Positions 5,861 through 6,567 of a DNA stretch of 6,567 nt are shown in pieces. Origin of the DNA: a virus (lineage: Duplodnaviria; Heunggongvirae; Uroviricota; Caudoviricetes); the IMG/VR virus record IMGVR_UViG_2681813316_000019, positions 1 through 6,567 of that record; one strand, given 5' to 3'. Position 1 is the first letter of the stretch. Every line of letters starts with the position of its first letter. The notes below the pieces were generated by a model, which did no database searches, had not been told where the DNA came from, and saw only the letters and a program-made list of their open reading frames with translations. The translations under genes were made by a program, and so were the position numbers.

Positions 5861-6137
5861 CACCATATCGCAACAACACAACGATACGGCAACCACCTGA
5901 TTCACCGTTGCGATGACCGCTTAGATCCGCAGCTTGAATTTCAGCAGGCTTCGGGGAGTGCGAGGGATGAAACGGACGCGTGAACGTCGGTGTGACCAGC
6001 TGAAATCAACTCAACATTTCATACCTTAGTCGCTTCAACGAGGCGGCTTAGTTATGACAACCGGCGGCCATCCACCGCCTGAATACGCGCAGAAGTCTTT
6101 ATATGTTCAGCAGCCCAGCTTACGGGCAGGAGTTTTT

Positions 6138-6344
6138 ATGGTTCATCAACATTACGGAACGCAGACCGTTAATCGCGGTGCGGTCATGCCAGGAATGCTG
6201 GTCAAACGCAAAGATGGTACCTGGACTGCATCAGCTAATTTACGCGGACGACTTTATCTGCATCGCGGCATTGAGCGCACTTATACCCGTGACTTGCTCG
6301 TGGAAGTTTTTCTCGACGGACGCGGTAACGGCCTCAATCACTAA
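6138..6344 (+). CDS. Hypothetical small early protein (68 aa from ATG 6138), upstream of gam
   Basis: ATG 6138 is preceded by AGGAG with a 5-nt spacer. The frame is open back to 6030 (ORF track starts it at ATG 6054, 96 aa). Composition looks protein-like. No family recognised. Confidence 0.35.
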   Translation: MVHQHYGTQTVNRGAVMPGMLVKRKDGTWTASANLRGRLYLHRGIERTYTRDLLVEVFLDGRGNGLNH

Positions 6345-6419
6345 TCCCCTTTCCTGTTTTCCTAATCAGCCTGGCATTTCGCGGGCGATATTTTCACAGC
6401 CATTTTCAGGAGTTCAGCC

Positions 6420-6567
6420 ATGAACGCTTATTACATTCAGGATCGTCTTGAGGCTCAGAGCTGGGCGCGTCACTACCAGCAGATCGCCCGTGAAGAGAAA
6501 GAGGCAGAACTGGCAGACGACATGGAAAAAGGCCTGCCCCAGCACCTGTTTGAATCGCTATGCATCG
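6420..6567 (+). CDS. gam: Host-nuclease (RecBCD) inhibitor Gam, 5' portion only (continues past window end)
   Basis: Translation [49 protein letters not shown] matches the lambda Gam (GamS form) N-terminus as I remember it, with one conservative difference. AGGAG lies 7 nt upstream of the ATG. The window ends at 6567 inside the gene. Confidence 0.9.
   Translation, partial: MNAYYIQDRLEAQSWARHYQQIAREEKEAELADDMEKGLPQHLFESLCI

Noticed and set aside
5900-5966. Lambda-style nutL (boxA plus boxB hairpin) in the PL leader
   Set aside because: Only a weak boxA-like CGCTTAGAT is present and no GAAAA-loop hairpin resembling boxB; the evidence is too weak to call a nut site.
6103-6423. Frame-1 ORF 6103..6423 whose stop overlaps the gam start (kil-like position)
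   Set aside because: Its position overlapping gam is reminiscent of lambda kil, but the translation is Cys/Trp/Ser-rich and there is no RBS, whereas the frame-0 ORF has AGGAG before ATG 6138. I cannot recall the lambda Kil sequence well enough to test it, so this rejection is low-confidence.

Overview
This window reads as the immunity and early-replication core of a mosaic lambdoid prophage (enterobacterial type), with the lambda map inverted. On the minus strand: a Cro-like HTH gene, a YdaT-like protein at the cII position, then lambda-type replication genes O (with five internal ori iterons and an AT-rich flank) and P. On the plus strand: a CI-type repressor (HTH plus LexA-like S24 peptidase domain), an AT-rich three-gene insert, a strong intrinsic terminator, a second operator/promoter region (OL/PL-like), small early ORFs, and the 5' part of gam running off the window. 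The main candidate for something new is the three-gene insert, which sits where lambda carries rexA-rexB. It looks like a tripartite toxin-antitoxin-chaperone (TAC) module: MqsR-like toxin, MqsA-like zinc-ribbon/HTH antitoxin with a long C-terminal tail, and a SecB-like chaperone. That makes it a candidate prophage-encoded exclusion or abortive-infection system. All homology calls come from reading the translations against remembered family sequences; no database search or computation was run, and GC statements are hand counts on sample lines.
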